Virus record (IMG/VR): IMGVR_UViG_3300033073_001153
Coordinates: 64,001-128,000 of that record
From: a virus
Taxonomy: Duplodnaviria > Caudoviricetes
DNA length: 64,000 nt
Direction: 5' to 3' (one strand)
Made by a program: the position numbers and the translations under genes
The notes under the pieces: generated by a model
Seen by the model: only the letters and a program-made list of their open reading frames with translations
Database searches by the model: none
Told to the model about the DNA's origin: nothing
Part shown: piece after piece, positions 1 through 10,148 of the stretch
Position numbering within the stretch: the first letter of the stretch is position 1
Layout: the number at the start of each line of letters is the position of its first letter

Positions 1-465
1 ACACCTCGCGTGTGCGCTATCTTTGAAATGCTCCCAGAATTCCAGTGGGTAACTGTACAGGGCAACGTTTCTACCCAGCAAACTGGCGTAGCTAAAGTTG
101 GTTCTCTCGGTGGCCGTTTCCAAGTTTATCGTGATACACGCACCGAAGTACAAAATAGTGGAATCTATGGTGACGTAGGATATTGCGCTGGCACAGATCC
201 AGAAGGAACTGGTGCAGGCATCGAGTATGCACTCCTAGGATATAAAGGTACTGAATTCTATGATTCAGGTATCATCTACTGCCCATACATTCCTGTTATG
301 GTACAACGCACAATTGGACCGAATGACTTCGCTCCTCGCGTTGGACTCTTGACAAGATATGGAGTAGTGGATAATATTTTCGGAGCATCGCTCTATTACC
401 ACACCATTATTCTCAAGAATCTTGGTCAGGCATTTACTCCCGGAAATTCCTCAATATATTTTTAA
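1..465 (+). CDS. Major capsid protein, T4 gp23-like, C-terminal part (truncated by the window start)
   Basis: Frame open from base 1; gp23-family C-terminal motifs GYKG..YDSG..YCPYIP and F.PRVGLLTRYG. Confidence 0.92.
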   Translation, partial: TPRVCAIFEMLPEFQWVTVQGNVSTQQTGVAKVGSLGGRFQVYRDTRTEVQNSGIYGDVGYCAGTDPEGTGAGIEYALLGYKGTEFYDSGIIYCPYIPVMVQRTIGPNDFAPRVGLLTRYGVVDNIFGASLYYHTIILKNLGQAFTPGNSSIYF

Positions 466-497
466 GTCACATAAGTACTTAAAAATAAGTAAATTAC

Positions 498-532
498 AAA
501 GAACCACAGAGAAATCTGTGGTTCTTTTTTTT
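498..532 (+). terminator. Intrinsic terminator after the capsid gene
   Basis: AAAGAACCACAGA-GAAA-TCTGTGGTTCTTT hairpin followed by a T-run. Confidence 0.85.
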
Positions 533-582
533 ATAGACATATTCACTTGATATTAAATAATTTGATGATATATTTAGTACAT

Positions 583-2148
583 ATGGAAGACGACAAAACT
601 AAAATTATAAATTTTCTGAAAGAAAACTATAAAGGATCTTATAGATTCGTAAAAGAAAAGATGTTCATTAAAAATTTTGGAAGTGATTTATTTAATAAAA
701 TTATAGAGGCAACTAAATTTCTGGATAATTCTGGATACGCATTTTCTGTTAGGGTACGCTCTTTCGTAGAGAATGTAAAACAACAACCAACTTGTATTGT
801 TTGTAATAAAGATACCATTTTCAATTCAAATAATGGATGGCAAGCTACATGTAGTCGGACTTGTCATATGAAATCGCCAGAAAGAATAGAAAAATTAAAA
901 CAAACAAATTTAGAAAAATATGGAGTAACTAACTATTTTGCCTCAGAAGAAGGAAAGAAGAAGATACTAGAAACTAATTTAAAAAAATATGGGGAAACGA
1001 GTTATACTAAAACTCAAGAATATAAGGATAGGATTAAAAGTGGAAACATAATTAATAACGGAAATCCCGAATTAGTTTCTAAAATTAATAGACTAAACTA
1101 CTATAATAGTTTAGTTAATGGAGATGTAGTAATGCCTTTGTTTCCTTTTGAAGAATATGAAGGATTTTCTAATGCATACAAATCTTATAAATGGAAATGC
1201 AAAAAATGCGGAGACGAATTCGAATCTATTTTAAAATATCACAAATATTTAGAATGTCGCAAATGCAAGCCTACTGGATCTAAGATGGAAATTTTTATTA
1301 AAAATATTTTAGATCAATATGATGTAGCATTTATATACAGAGAAAGAACGATTTTAAAAGGATATGAAATAGATATATACGTTCCTAGTATGAAACTAGG
1401 AATCGAAATGCATGGTCTTTATTGGCACACAGAAACACAAAAAGGAAAAACATTGCATAAGTTAAAAGCAGATCTTGCAGAAGAGGCAGGAATTAAATTA
1501 ATTCAAATATTTGAAGATGAATACAAACAAAAAAGAAATATAGTAGTTTCTAGATTAATGAATTATTTAAATTTAAACAAACATAAAATATATGCTAGAA
1601 ATTGCACAATAAAGGAAATTGATGGTAAGTTGAAATCTGAATTTTTAGATATGAATCACATCCAAGGTAATAATAATACTTCAATTAATTTGGGATTATT
1701 CAATAATAACAATTTAGTTTCTGTTATGACTTTTAGTAAAGAACGATTAGCGTTGGGAAATCCTTCTTCAAAAGAAGGAGTATATGAATTGAATAGATTC
1801 TGTTCTATTTCCAATACAACCGTAATTGGTGCTGCTAGTAAATTATTAAAGTATTTTATAAAAAAATATAAACCAAATGAAATCATTAGTTATGCGGATA
1901 GAAGATGGTCTTCAGGAGATTTATATGAAAAAATAGGGTTCCGTTTATCCTCAGTAACTGAACCTAATTATTGGTATACCAAAGATTTCTTAAATAGAGA
2001 ACATAGATTTAAATATAGAAAAAATGTATTAAGCGAGAAATTAGAAAAATACGACCCAAATCTATCAGAATATGAAAATATGTGTAACAATGGATATGCT
2101 AGAATATGGGATTGCGGCAGCAAAAAATATACTATGAAATTATCATAA
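583..2148 (+). CDS. Hef-like free-standing homing endonuclease
   Basis: Zn-finger CxxC pairs, TNLEKYG repeats, EIDIYVP..LGIEMHGLYWH nuclease motif, C-terminal ELNRFC..SYADRRWS..WDCG domain; ATG at 583 preferred. Confidence 0.7.
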   Translation: MEDDKTKIINFLKENYKGSYRFVKEKMFIKNFGSDLFNKIIEATKFLDNSGYAFSVRVRSFVENVKQQPTCIVCNKDTIFNSNNGWQATCSRTCHMKSPERIEKLKQTNLEKYGVTNYFASEEGKKKILETNLKKYGETSYTKTQEYKDRIKSGNIINNGNPELVSKINRLNYYNSLVNGDVVMPLFPFEEYEGFSNAYKSYKWKCKKCGDEFESILKYHKYLECRKCKPTGSKMEIFIKNILDQYDVAFIYRERTILKGYEIDIYVPSMKLGIEMHGLYWHTETQKGKTLHKLKADLAEEAGIKLIQIFEDEYKQKRNIVVSRLMNYLNLNKHKIYARNCTIKEIDGKLKSEFLDMNHIQGNNNTSINLGLFNNNNLVSVMTFSKERLALGNPSSKEGVYELNRFCSISNTTVIGAASKLLKYFIKKYKPNEIISYADRRWSSGDLYEKIGFRLSSVTEPNYWYTKDFLNREHRFKYRKNVLSEKLEKYDPNLSEYENMCNNGYARIWDCGSKKYTMKLS

Positions 2149-2156
2149 ATATTTAA

Positions 2157-2525
2157 ATGACTAGATTTATTGTTGCTATTAAGGAGAAAATACAAGGAAA
2201 GCCATTTTCTCTACGTTCTTCTAAATGGCAGACGGTTCGCAATAATTTTTTAGAATCGCATAAAACCTGTGCGGCATGTGGAGCTGATATTAACTTACAG
2301 GTGCATCACAAAAAGCCTTTTCACATTCATCCCGAATTAGAATTAGATGAGAAGAATCTAATTACATTATGCGAAGAAAAAGGAGAAAATGGATGTCATT
2401 TAAAAATAGGACATTTGGGTGACTGGAAATCTTTTAATCCGAATGTAGAAAAAGACGCACGTAAAAAATTAAGAGAACTTAAAAATAATAAATTTGGAAC
2501 TACTAGTAGTCCTAGGAGGAAGTGA
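2157..2525 (+). CDS. HNH endonuclease
   Basis: CAACG..LQVHHKKP..NLITLC..CH; TAAATA-N5-ATG upstream. Confidence 0.8.
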   Translation: MTRFIVAIKEKIQGKPFSLRSSKWQTVRNNFLESHKTCAACGADINLQVHHKKPFHIHPELELDEKNLITLCEEKGENGCHLKIGHLGDWKSFNPNVEKDARKKLRELKNNKFGTTSSPRRK

Positions 2526-2555
2526 TTTATTTGTAAATATTTGAAAATTAATTAC

Positions 2556-2837
2556 TTACGCCCAATCGGCGCAAGCAGCGGCAGAAGGGCTGCCTTTCTT
2601 AGCCTTGCTACAACGATGCCGTGCTTTGAAACTTTTCTTTCTTTTTGTATTACCAGATTTTCCAGTTACACGCACCCCTGCTTGTCCCCAGTGAATTCGT
2701 TTGATACTACCATCTGGTTGTCTAGCACATTTAGACCATTTCTTTCCTTTTCTAGTTGAATGTGCTTTCTTTGTAACCTTAGTACATTTACCTTCTTCTA
2801 ATAGTTCCATTCTTTCTAATAGTAGTTCGAAATTCAT
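2556..2837 (-). CDS. Small basic protein, DUF5754-like, with Glu-rich leader
   Basis: KKW..DGSIKRIHWGQAG..RKKSFKARH; leader MNFELLLERMELLEE; late box upstream. Confidence 0.55.
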   Translation of the reverse strand: MNFELLLERMELLEEGKCTKVTKKAHSTRKGKKWSKCARQPDGSIKRIHWGQAGVRVTGKSGNTKRKKSFKARHRCSKAKKGSPSAAACADWA

Positions 2838-2890
2838 ACTAATATTTAGTTATTATTTGAAAAAATAGTCATATAAAGATAAATAAAAAT

Positions 2891-3532
2891 ATGGCAACAT
2901 TCACGAATTTTGTATTTAATTCAGCAGCGGAAAATCCTCCTCAAGTTGGAGTTAGTCTTTCAGCATCTAATAATTCTGTAGTTTTTCTTCCTACTGTAAC
3001 GGTTTTTAATACTTTAACTGCTGTTCCAAACACAGTATTTACAACACCTCCACTTAGTGCTACACAAAATACTGCTATTACTGGAAGTAATGTTCTTTCT
3101 GGTTTTTATGCTGGTTGGGTTGCGAGCGGTATTCCATTAAATACTAAGTATACAGATACACAATTTGGAGCACTCACTGCAATTTATGCATCAACTCCAT
3201 TACTTAGCACACAAGTTGATGTTTTAACTTCTCGTATTACTTCTACTTCTATTTTCTCTTCTGGTAAATATAATGGGGTTTCAGTAAATGGAATTCTTTT
3301 TAATGAAATATCTGGTGCATCTACTGCTAGTGTTACTCTTTCTGTGACTGATCGTATTCAGTTCAAGGTTGCTCCTGAATATAATGGTGCTACTTTCGCA
3401 TTATATTTCCCAGATCGTTCTACTACTACATTCACTGTGGCTACTGCTACTGCGACACAAGTTGTAACTGGAGCTATTGGATTTGATAATCGTGGTCCAA
3501 ACGAACGTCGTCGTTTTGCTATAGAAATTTAA
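2891..3532 (+). CDS. Putative virion structural protein (Thr/Ser/Ala-rich)
   Basis: 213-aa ORF between a late box and a terminator. Confidence 0.55.
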   Translation: MATFTNFVFNSAAENPPQVGVSLSASNNSVVFLPTVTVFNTLTAVPNTVFTTPPLSATQNTAITGSNVLSGFYAGWVASGIPLNTKYTDTQFGALTAIYASTPLLSTQVDVLTSRITSTSIFSSGKYNGVSVNGILFNEISGASTASVTLSVTDRIQFKVAPEYNGATFALYFPDRSTTTFTVATATATQVVTGAIGFDNRGPNERRRFAIEI

Positions 3533-3561
3533 TTGTTGTTGGTTAATTCTTCATAGGCATT

Positions 3562-3591
3562 AAAACCCCACTAGAAATAGTGGGGTTTTTT
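3562..3591 (+). terminator. Intrinsic terminator
   Basis: AAAACCCCACTA-GAAA-TAGTGGGGTTTTTT. Confidence 0.85.
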
Positions 3592-3614
3592 GTATTTTGT
3601 TGTTAAATATTTTT

Positions 3615-4196
3615 ATGGGATTATTATTCGAACGTAGTAAAACTGGATTTTTAAATCCAGTTAATAGTACTGTTGATAAATTAATTTCAGCATCAAATGG
3701 ATTGATGTGTTTGAAATCCGCTATAATGGGAGGAATACCAAATCCAGCATCTATATTACAAGGTTTAGCAAGTGTTGCAGCAGGAATGATAGGAGCGATT
3801 ATTGGAGCAGTGACAACTGTTATAACGGAAAGAGTTGATCAAATAGTCAATTCTGTATTATCTCCTATTAGGAAAATAGAAGGAATAATAAAAGATTTAA
3901 CAGATACATTAGTAGGAGTACAGAACATATTAGACAAAGCTACTAATATGGATAACTATTTCAAGAACAAACAAGATTGTTCTGGATTTGCTGCACAGCT
4001 TATGAATTGTTTGGCACAAAATGCTATTAATAAAATAACAAACAAAGTAGCAATGAACGTAGATAAACACATAGGAAAGATAGCAAATAATGTGACTAAA
4101 GAATCTTTAAAAGTTAACGGAGTTATTGATAGTTACGTAAATCGTCATACAAAGTTTCTAGAAAAAGCTAATTTACAAACTAAATTATTAACATAG
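3615..4196 (+). CDS. Hypothetical helical late protein next to the baseplate hub genes
   Basis: ATG at 3615 lies 5 nt after TAAATA; ends 1 nt before the gp5-like gene. Confidence 0.6.
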   Translation: MGLLFERSKTGFLNPVNSTVDKLISASNGLMCLKSAIMGGIPNPASILQGLASVAAGMIGAIIGAVTTVITERVDQIVNSVLSPIRKIEGIIKDLTDTLVGVQNILDKATNMDNYFKNKQDCSGFAAQLMNCLAQNAINKITNKVAMNVDKHIGKIANNVTKESLKVNGVIDSYVNRHTKFLEKANLQTKLLT

Positions 4197-4197
4197 T

Positions 4198-5424
4198 ATG
4201 CCAAATCCTTTTGAAGAAAAACATTATGGATTCTTTCGGGGAACCGTAGTACAAAATAACGATCCAGACAGAAGAGGACGAGTTAAAGTAGCAATACCAG
4301 AATTTACTGCACAATTAGCAAGAGATTTAGGATTGCCTCCTGATATTTACAATTCAAGATTTGTTGGAGATAATATAACTACTATTTATAATAGAGAAGT
4401 TTTGCAACAGTTTTGTGATGTATTGAAATGGGCTGAACAAGCTTCTCCGTTAATTGGAGGAGGAACAGCAGGAGTATTCAATGCTAAAAATGGAGATGCT
4501 ACTGTAGGTGAAGGATACAGAGGAGAATTAAGAGAACCATTAGGAGAAGAAAGTATAACTCCATCTGGAGAGAGTGTATCACCAAAAGCAGCAGCTTCGG
4601 TTAATGCAATTCCCGGTGGATTCGATGTAGGATATAAAACTGGTATATGTGATGTTTATAATCAAACATTAGCACCTAGTCCTATTAACAACGCAACAAA
4701 AGGAATGTTTTCTGTTCCTCGTGTTGGATCACAAGTTTGGGTATTTTTTGAAAATGGTAGTTTAGATTATCCAGTATACATGGGATATGTATTTGATAAA
4801 CAAGACTGGAATAGTGTAATGAATACACAAGGAAGTAATCCAGATTTGCATTATCCAGCAGGAAGCGAAAACATGCAAGATGGAGAACCTTTTTTCTTCA
4901 CTGGAAAAACAGTGTTCAATTCAAAAGCAGGATCATTAGAATTTATTGAAACAGATGATTTTGAAAAAATAAAAATATCACATTATAGTGGGTCTTTTTA
5001 TGAAATTTCAAATCACGTTACTGCTGAAGTTGCAGTAGAAAATAAAATCACTGTGGTTAATCAACAAGAAACTCATACGGTAAAAGGTGATCGAGGGATT
5101 CGTGTAATGGGAGATAATCACGAAAGATACGAAGGAGACCATTATTTAACATATGGTGATCCCGACAATAAAACTTATTATGATGAATGGGTAGAAACAG
5201 CAGCTCCTGCTTTTTCACATTCTGCACAATTTTCACAAAAAGAAAGAGTAGTAAAAGATCCAACTAAATCTGGAGCTTCAAAAGGAGGTCCAAACAACAC
5301 ATATGTACATCCGCCAAATGAATTAACTCTTGTTACAAATTGGACAAATTTATTAAGAGGAATCAATCCCGGACAATACATGAAAAAGATTCAACATGTT
5401 GAATTAGGAGTAAAACCAGCTTAA
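4198..5424 (+). CDS. Baseplate hub protein, gp5/VgrG OB-fold N-terminal part
   Basis: RGTVVQNNDPDRRGRVKV and SVPRVGSQVWVFFENG..PVYMG motifs, then beta-helix-like repeats. Confidence 0.85.
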   Translation: MPNPFEEKHYGFFRGTVVQNNDPDRRGRVKVAIPEFTAQLARDLGLPPDIYNSRFVGDNITTIYNREVLQQFCDVLKWAEQASPLIGGGTAGVFNAKNGDATVGEGYRGELREPLGEESITPSGESVSPKAAASVNAIPGGFDVGYKTGICDVYNQTLAPSPINNATKGMFSVPRVGSQVWVFFENGSLDYPVYMGYVFDKQDWNSVMNTQGSNPDLHYPAGSENMQDGEPFFFTGKTVFNSKAGSLEFIETDDFEKIKISHYSGSFYEISNHVTAEVAVENKITVVNQQETHTVKGDRGIRVMGDNHERYEGDHYLTYGDPDNKTYYDEWVETAAPAFSHSAQFSQKERVVKDPTKSGASKGGPNNTYVHPPNELTLVTNWTNLLRGINPGQYMKKIQHVELGVKPA

Positions 5425-5438
5425 ATATAATAAAAAAT

Positions 5439-6491
5439 ATGGCAGATGTAACTAATACACAAAAATTTGATAAATCAAATCAATCTGAAGTTTTAGCAAA
5501 AGTTTGTGAAAATTTGATTCCCATTGAAAGTAATATTAAAGCAGGTGGTAATCAAATTATATCTTATGAAAAAGATAAACAAGAACACATCGGTGCAGCC
5601 ACTAATACTTTTCCACATATAAGAAAAGATGTCAAAGGAGAATTTCGTCCAAAGTCGGTAGATATTGAAGGAAAAGGTTCTTTTGTAAAAAACGAAACAG
5701 TTCCATATACTGAAGAAGTAGAAAATACTAAATTTCCTTGTGGAACTTATTCATTAAGTGTGGGAAATAAATATGATGTTTCTGTAGGAGCGGGAGGTGC
5801 TAGTATTGCAACTGCGGGAAACATGAGATTAGGTTCAGGTGGTAGAAGCATTATTTCTGCTTCAGAAGAAATGAATGTATCTTCCGAAGGAAATGTTAAT
5901 TTAAGATCTGGTAATAATATATCATTAAAATCAGATTCGATGAATCTTGAATGTCCTAATCAAGTAGTAGTAAATTCTAATTTAGGAGTATCAAAAAATG
6001 CAGTTATTAATGGATGTGCTTTTATTGACGGAGAAGTTTATGTAAATCATATTACTTGTCCAGCAGAAGTTCAATATACTGGAGGAGGTATTGGAAGCTT
6101 TGGTCAATTAATGACAGGTACAGGAATTAATGGAGATCAAAAAGGAGGCGGAGGAACAGCAGTTATTGCTTATGCAGACGTAAGCTATATAAAAGATTTA
6201 TATAATAGCATAGGTGCTTCAAAAACTCCTTGGACTGGACCAGATAAAGTACCAGTGTTGATATTATCAGATGGAGGAACAGCAGTAGCATCTAGTGCTG
6301 GAAATGGAGGAAGTCCTAAAAATCCAGAATTTTCGGTATTTGTATATCCACATCAGCACCCTTTCAACAATATACCGATCTCATTTACCACAGGAAATGA
6401 ACCCATGAGAAATAGAGCATCTGTACTGAATTCTGGCAATATAGGAATCGCATCCCCAATTCAACACGGATACAAGACTCCTACTGCGTAA
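5439..6491 (+). CDS. Baseplate central spike, gp5 C-terminal-like
   Basis: Gly/Ser-rich beta-helix repeats and an HQH (HxH) tip motif; follows the gp5 N-terminal gene. Confidence 0.6.
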   Translation: MADVTNTQKFDKSNQSEVLAKVCENLIPIESNIKAGGNQIISYEKDKQEHIGAATNTFPHIRKDVKGEFRPKSVDIEGKGSFVKNETVPYTEEVENTKFPCGTYSLSVGNKYDVSVGAGGASIATAGNMRLGSGGRSIISASEEMNVSSEGNVNLRSGNNISLKSDSMNLECPNQVVVNSNLGVSKNAVINGCAFIDGEVYVNHITCPAEVQYTGGGIGSFGQLMTGTGINGDQKGGGGTAVIAYADVSYIKDLYNSIGASKTPWTGPDKVPVLILSDGGTAVASSAGNGGSPKNPEFSVFVYPHQHPFNNIPISFTTGNEPMRNRASVLNSGNIGIASPIQHGYKTPTA

Positions 6492-6705
6492 AGCCGTATT
6501 TTATAACTGCGAGCATCCAAAGCTTCTCGTCAACGATTTCAAACTCAGCGTAATCGTCATGACCCATTTCATGGACATTTATAATTTTTAATCCTAATTC
6601 TTCATTGAAAGTTTTTTCCAATTCCATAGAATTGTTATTGAATCTTTGGATTAAAGCTGGTTCATATTGTTTATAAAATGAAAGTACTACTTTATTTTTT
6701 CCCAT
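6481..6705 (-). CDS. KIKYGI-family small protein
   Basis: C-terminus IVDEKLWMLAVIKYGF shared with paralogues in this window. Confidence 0.7.
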   Translation of the reverse strand: MGKNKVVLSFYKQYEPALIQRFNNNSMELEKTFNEELGLKIINVHEMGHDDYAEFEIVDEKLWMLAVIKYGFTQ

Positions 6706-8789
6706 GCTTCTTCGCTCCAGTTTTGTTTAGATAGAATATTTCGATAAGAACGCCATCCGTCGAAATTATCATGGATTCCAAAATCACAAACAGCAGAATG
6801 TTCGAATGGACTCCAGTGTCCTTCTTTTACTAACATATCATGTAAATTATAATCTTTATCATAATTTACAACTCCATCAAAATTTTTATAAGAAACTCTA
6901 GCTGCTCTTGCTGTAGCGATTTTTAACTTTTGTCGAGTATTTAAACCATCGAGATATTTATCTCCAAAAGGGATATGCCATTCTCCAATTGTTTTTTCTA
7001 CTGGTTTGTTAGATTGATACAATTCTAACATCTTATATGCCAATTCTCTAATTTCTGGTTGAGCTGCTTTATGTGCTCTAAGTTTAAAGAAGTTTTGAAA
7101 TTCTGTAGCAGTTAATAATGTAGTAATATGGAAAAATGGTTCCATAATACGATTAACTACTTGTTTATGTAAACCAAGTTCATTTAATTGTTTTGCATGT
7201 GCAACTGCCGCATCTCTAGCGGAGTTCCAGATCAGCATAGCTTTCATTTTAGTTTCTTCATCTACTTCGTTATCAGCTTGCATTCCTTTTTGATTAGATC
7301 CCCAATGAACAGGAAGTGCCGGATCTGTTAATACATCTTCGATGAATTTAGTTACTGGTATAGCTCTACTATTATGTACTACAACCCCATTCGCAACGAA
7401 ATTATGATAAGGAGCAGCAACTTCTATATCATACGTAGGTTCTTTGCCTACAAATTTAATTGTCTTTATTTTAAAGAATCTAGCTACAAGACTGTTTACT
7501 TTTCCTCTTGGTTTGTTTATATCACTGCATTTTAATTTTAAATTCGAATGTTCTTCTACGAATTTTTCTAAAGGTTTTCCCGCATTATACCAATCTAAAA
7601 ATAATAAATCTAAATTATTAGAATGAATAAATTTATGAATTTCTTTATTAAGAGGTACGATATTATCAATATCGTATTGTTTTTCTTTATTATGCCAACG
7701 TGGATTTATATGATGTAATTCTAAGTTTTGTCCATATCCACTTATTACGCATTTATAATTAAATTTTTCCATAATATTCGAACGAATTTGATTCATCCAT
7801 CTAGTCATTCTGCTATTACCTTCTTTATATTTCAAATGAGAATTTGGTTTAATTCTTCTTTTAGCTGCTTCTCTTACTTTTACTAAAGATGAATCAGGTA
7901 ATGTGTATCGTTTTCCTTTGTTCCAAGTAACAATATTAGCCCATGACCATTTATTACCTTTTAATCCAAATTTAGCGGCAGCTCCTTTTATTCTATCTGT
8001 TGTAGAATTACATAATTCTGCAATCTGCGTAAAGAAAAGCCCTTCTTTTATTTTAGATTCAAGCCAATCTTTATTTTTATAAATAAGATTTTCGTTCTCG
8101 ATCTGAAGTTTTTTGAAGAAAATTCTATTTTTTTCGCAAAAATAGCACAAGCTTTTGTACGATATGTTGTGTTCTTCTGCTATCTGTTTGAGAGTTTTTT
8201 TATGATTATCTCTTTGATCAATAAGATAATCCACATCTAAATTCATACCATTAGTACAAATTTTAAAATTATGATCATCAAAAATTGTGAGACCGTTATT
8301 ATGAGTTACATTAATATCATTTAATGTTTTCCATCCTTCATTAGTAAAAATTCTATGTTCTTTTGTACATTTTAATTTATATCCATTCTCTAATTCTATT
8401 TCGTAGATATCTTTTTCACCACTAAACATACAATCTACTAATTTTGTAGAAATGAATTCTCCGGTGTCTTCATTTAAGCATCTGAGATTCATTTCTTTTA
8501 ATCTATGACGCATAGAACGACCCCATGAGTCTCCGTCTGTCCATTTCTTATAAAGATCTTTTATTTTGATCTTCATGTGCAATGACCTCTTTTTATTTTT
8601 GATCATGCTTGGTTTTTCGATGAAAATTTCAGAATCGCCAGCTAAACAACTAGCTGCATTCCTAGAAAGTGATCTATGTGTAAGTAGTTCAGAATGAATA
8701 AATCTCGGATATGTCAAGACATACGAAGTAATACGCTTTGAAGTATTTTCAGAACAAACCGAATCGGCAATGATTTTAGCTGTGATCAT
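6687..8789 (-). CDS. thyX: FAD-dependent thymidylate synthase ThyX containing an intein
   Basis: ELLTHRSLSRNAAS|SRAIP ThyX motif split by an insert; C-terminal NFFKLR..AQPEI, ARVSY, GHWSPFEH. Confidence 0.93.
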   Translation of the reverse strand: MITAKIIADSVCSENTSKRITSYVLTYPRFIHSELLTHRSLSRNAASCLAGDSEIFIEKPSMIKNKKRSLHMKIKIKDLYKKWTDGDSWGRSMRHRLKEMNLRCLNEDTGEFISTKLVDCMFSGEKDIYEIELENGYKLKCTKEHRIFTNEGWKTLNDINVTHNNGLTIFDDHNFKICTNGMNLDVDYLIDQRDNHKKTLKQIAEEHNISYKSLCYFCEKNRIFFKKLQIENENLIYKNKDWLESKIKEGLFFTQIAELCNSTTDRIKGAAAKFGLKGNKWSWANIVTWNKGKRYTLPDSSLVKVREAAKRRIKPNSHLKYKEGNSRMTRWMNQIRSNIMEKFNYKCVISGYGQNLELHHINPRWHNKEKQYDIDNIVPLNKEIHKFIHSNNLDLLFLDWYNAGKPLEKFVEEHSNLKLKCSDINKPRGKVNSLVARFFKIKTIKFVGKEPTYDIEVAAPYHNFVANGVVVHNSRAIPVTKFIEDVLTDPALPVHWGSNQKGMQADNEVDEETKMKAMLIWNSARDAAVAHAKQLNELGLHKQVVNRIMEPFFHITTLLTATEFQNFFKLRAHKAAQPEIRELAYKMLELYQSNKPVEKTIGEWHIPFGDKYLDGLNTRQKLKIATARAARVSYKNFDGVVNYDKDYNLHDMLVKEGHWSPFEHSAVCDFGIHDNFDGWRSYRNILSKQNWSEEAWEKIK
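7371..8648 (-). mobile_element. Intein (426 aa) with HNH homing endonuclease
   Basis: Begins CLAGDSE, block B LKCTKEHRIF, ends TYDIEV..HNFVANGVVVHN before Ser; internal LELHH..N..H motif. Confidence 0.92.
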
Positions 8790-8795
8790 TATATG

Positions 8796-8823
8796 ATGAT
8801 ATCACTTATATAAAAATTGTCAA
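8796..8823 (-). promoter_or_regulatory. Sigma70-type promoter of thyX
   Basis: TTGACA-N16-TATCAT, ATG 6 nt downstream. Confidence 0.65.
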
Positions 8824-8824
8824 T

Positions 8825-9505
8825 TTAAAAAATAGTGTAGAGAATATACCTAGAATCAGTGAGAGTATCTTCTAAACTATTTTTAAAATTATCACTTAAT
8901 ATTTTTTTAGCAATTCTATTATACAAAGCTATACGATTTTTTTCATTTATATCTACGTAAAATTTTATTATATTTACTATATCTTTGTAATTTAGAACGT
9001 GCATAAAATGGTTTAAACTATTTTCCAACGACCTGAAAACTACAAACGATTCGTTGGATTGTTTGTTTTTATTAGATAATTTATAATTATTTTCTGAATC
9101 ATAAAAAGAAATATATAATTGATATTTTTCCGGATTTGTTTTTAATTTATCTAATAATTTTTTATAATCTTCATGTTTATCAGTTCCGTTAGATCTAGAA
9201 ACCAATAATGAAGTATCCATTATTTTATTACTATTTGGATATAAATTTAATTTGACATGAAATAAAGAATTGTCGGGAGTGGTTATTGTATATAGAAATT
9301 CTTTCTGTGAATTTCCTAAATCTCTTTCTCCGTCATATTCAAATTTTTCATTTAAATGTAATTTGGCATATGCATACCTCTCTTCAAACAAATCCCAATT
9401 ATAATTAATTACATTTTCTGTGTTCAAATAATCCATTCCTTTTGAAAAAAGAATGTAATTGGAATTTTCGTATATTTTAAATATATTAGAATCGTCTTTG
9501 TCCAT
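8825..9505 (-). CDS. Hypothetical protein, paralogue of 11192..11863
   Basis: Shared NW..F.ERY block and C-terminal E..RI.LYN..DT.T..Y pattern. Confidence 0.7.
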   Translation of the reverse strand: MDKDDSNIFKIYENSNYILFSKGMDYLNTENVINYNWDLFEERYAYAKLHLNEKFEYDGERDLGNSQKEFLYTITTPDNSLFHVKLNLYPNSNKIMDTSLLVSRSNGTDKHEDYKKLLDKLKTNPEKYQLYISFYDSENNYKLSNKNKQSNESFVVFRSLENSLNHFMHVLNYKDIVNIIKFYVDINEKNRIALYNRIAKKILSDNFKNSLEDTLTDSRYILYTIF

Positions 9506-9506
9506 G

Positions 9507-10139
9507 TTAGATCACTTCATCTACTAATCCGTACTTTAAGCAAGTACTAGAATCAAACCAAATATCACGTTTTAATATATTATCTAGTTCTTTCATAGGA
9601 ATCTTTGTATATTCTTTGTACAAAGATTTAATCGTATTCATCATTCTACGATTATTTTCGTGTTCGTCTTCTAATCTTTCAAAAGTTCCAGCGCATACTG
9701 AACTTAATTGATGAATAAGCATAAAGCTATTTTTTCCTATATGACGCTTCTTACCAGCTATACTAATAATAGTAGCTGCACTAGCGGCAGCACCTTCTAC
9801 GTATGTATATACTTTGGTTTTGAGACTTCTGATGGTATCTACTGATGCTAATCCCGCTAGTACATCACCACCATAGCTATGCATTCTTAAATGTATTACT
9901 GGATCAAATGAACTATCGTTCATAGTGATCTTAGCATGTTGCATTCTGGTATCTAGTTCACGTAATAAACGATTTAATTCGCTGCATGTAGAACCAGAGA
10001 TTTCTGCATAGAATTGTATACTATTATCTAGTACTTTGATAGATCCAGCCGGAAGTAGTAAATCAGAAGTTGGTAAAGATGGTGGTAATTCTTTTGAAAA
10101 GTCTTCCTCAGTTTCTTCCGACCCCCAGTATTTTCTCAT
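9507..10139 (-). CDS. clpP: ClpP-like protease subunit
   Basis: HSYGGDV, EGAAASAAT (catalytic Ser), MLIHQ (His), RDIWF..KYGLVDEV. Confidence 0.88.
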   Translation of the reverse strand: MRKYWGSEETEEDFSKELPPSLPTSDLLLPAGSIKVLDNSIQFYAEISGSTCSELNRLLRELDTRMQHAKITMNDSSFDPVIHLRMHSYGGDVLAGLASVDTIRSLKTKVYTYVEGAAASAATIISIAGKKRHIGKNSFMLIHQLSSVCAGTFERLEDEHENNRRMMNTIKSLYKEYTKIPMKELDNILKRDIWFDSSTCLKYGLVDEVI

Positions 10140-10148
10140 ATTAATTAT

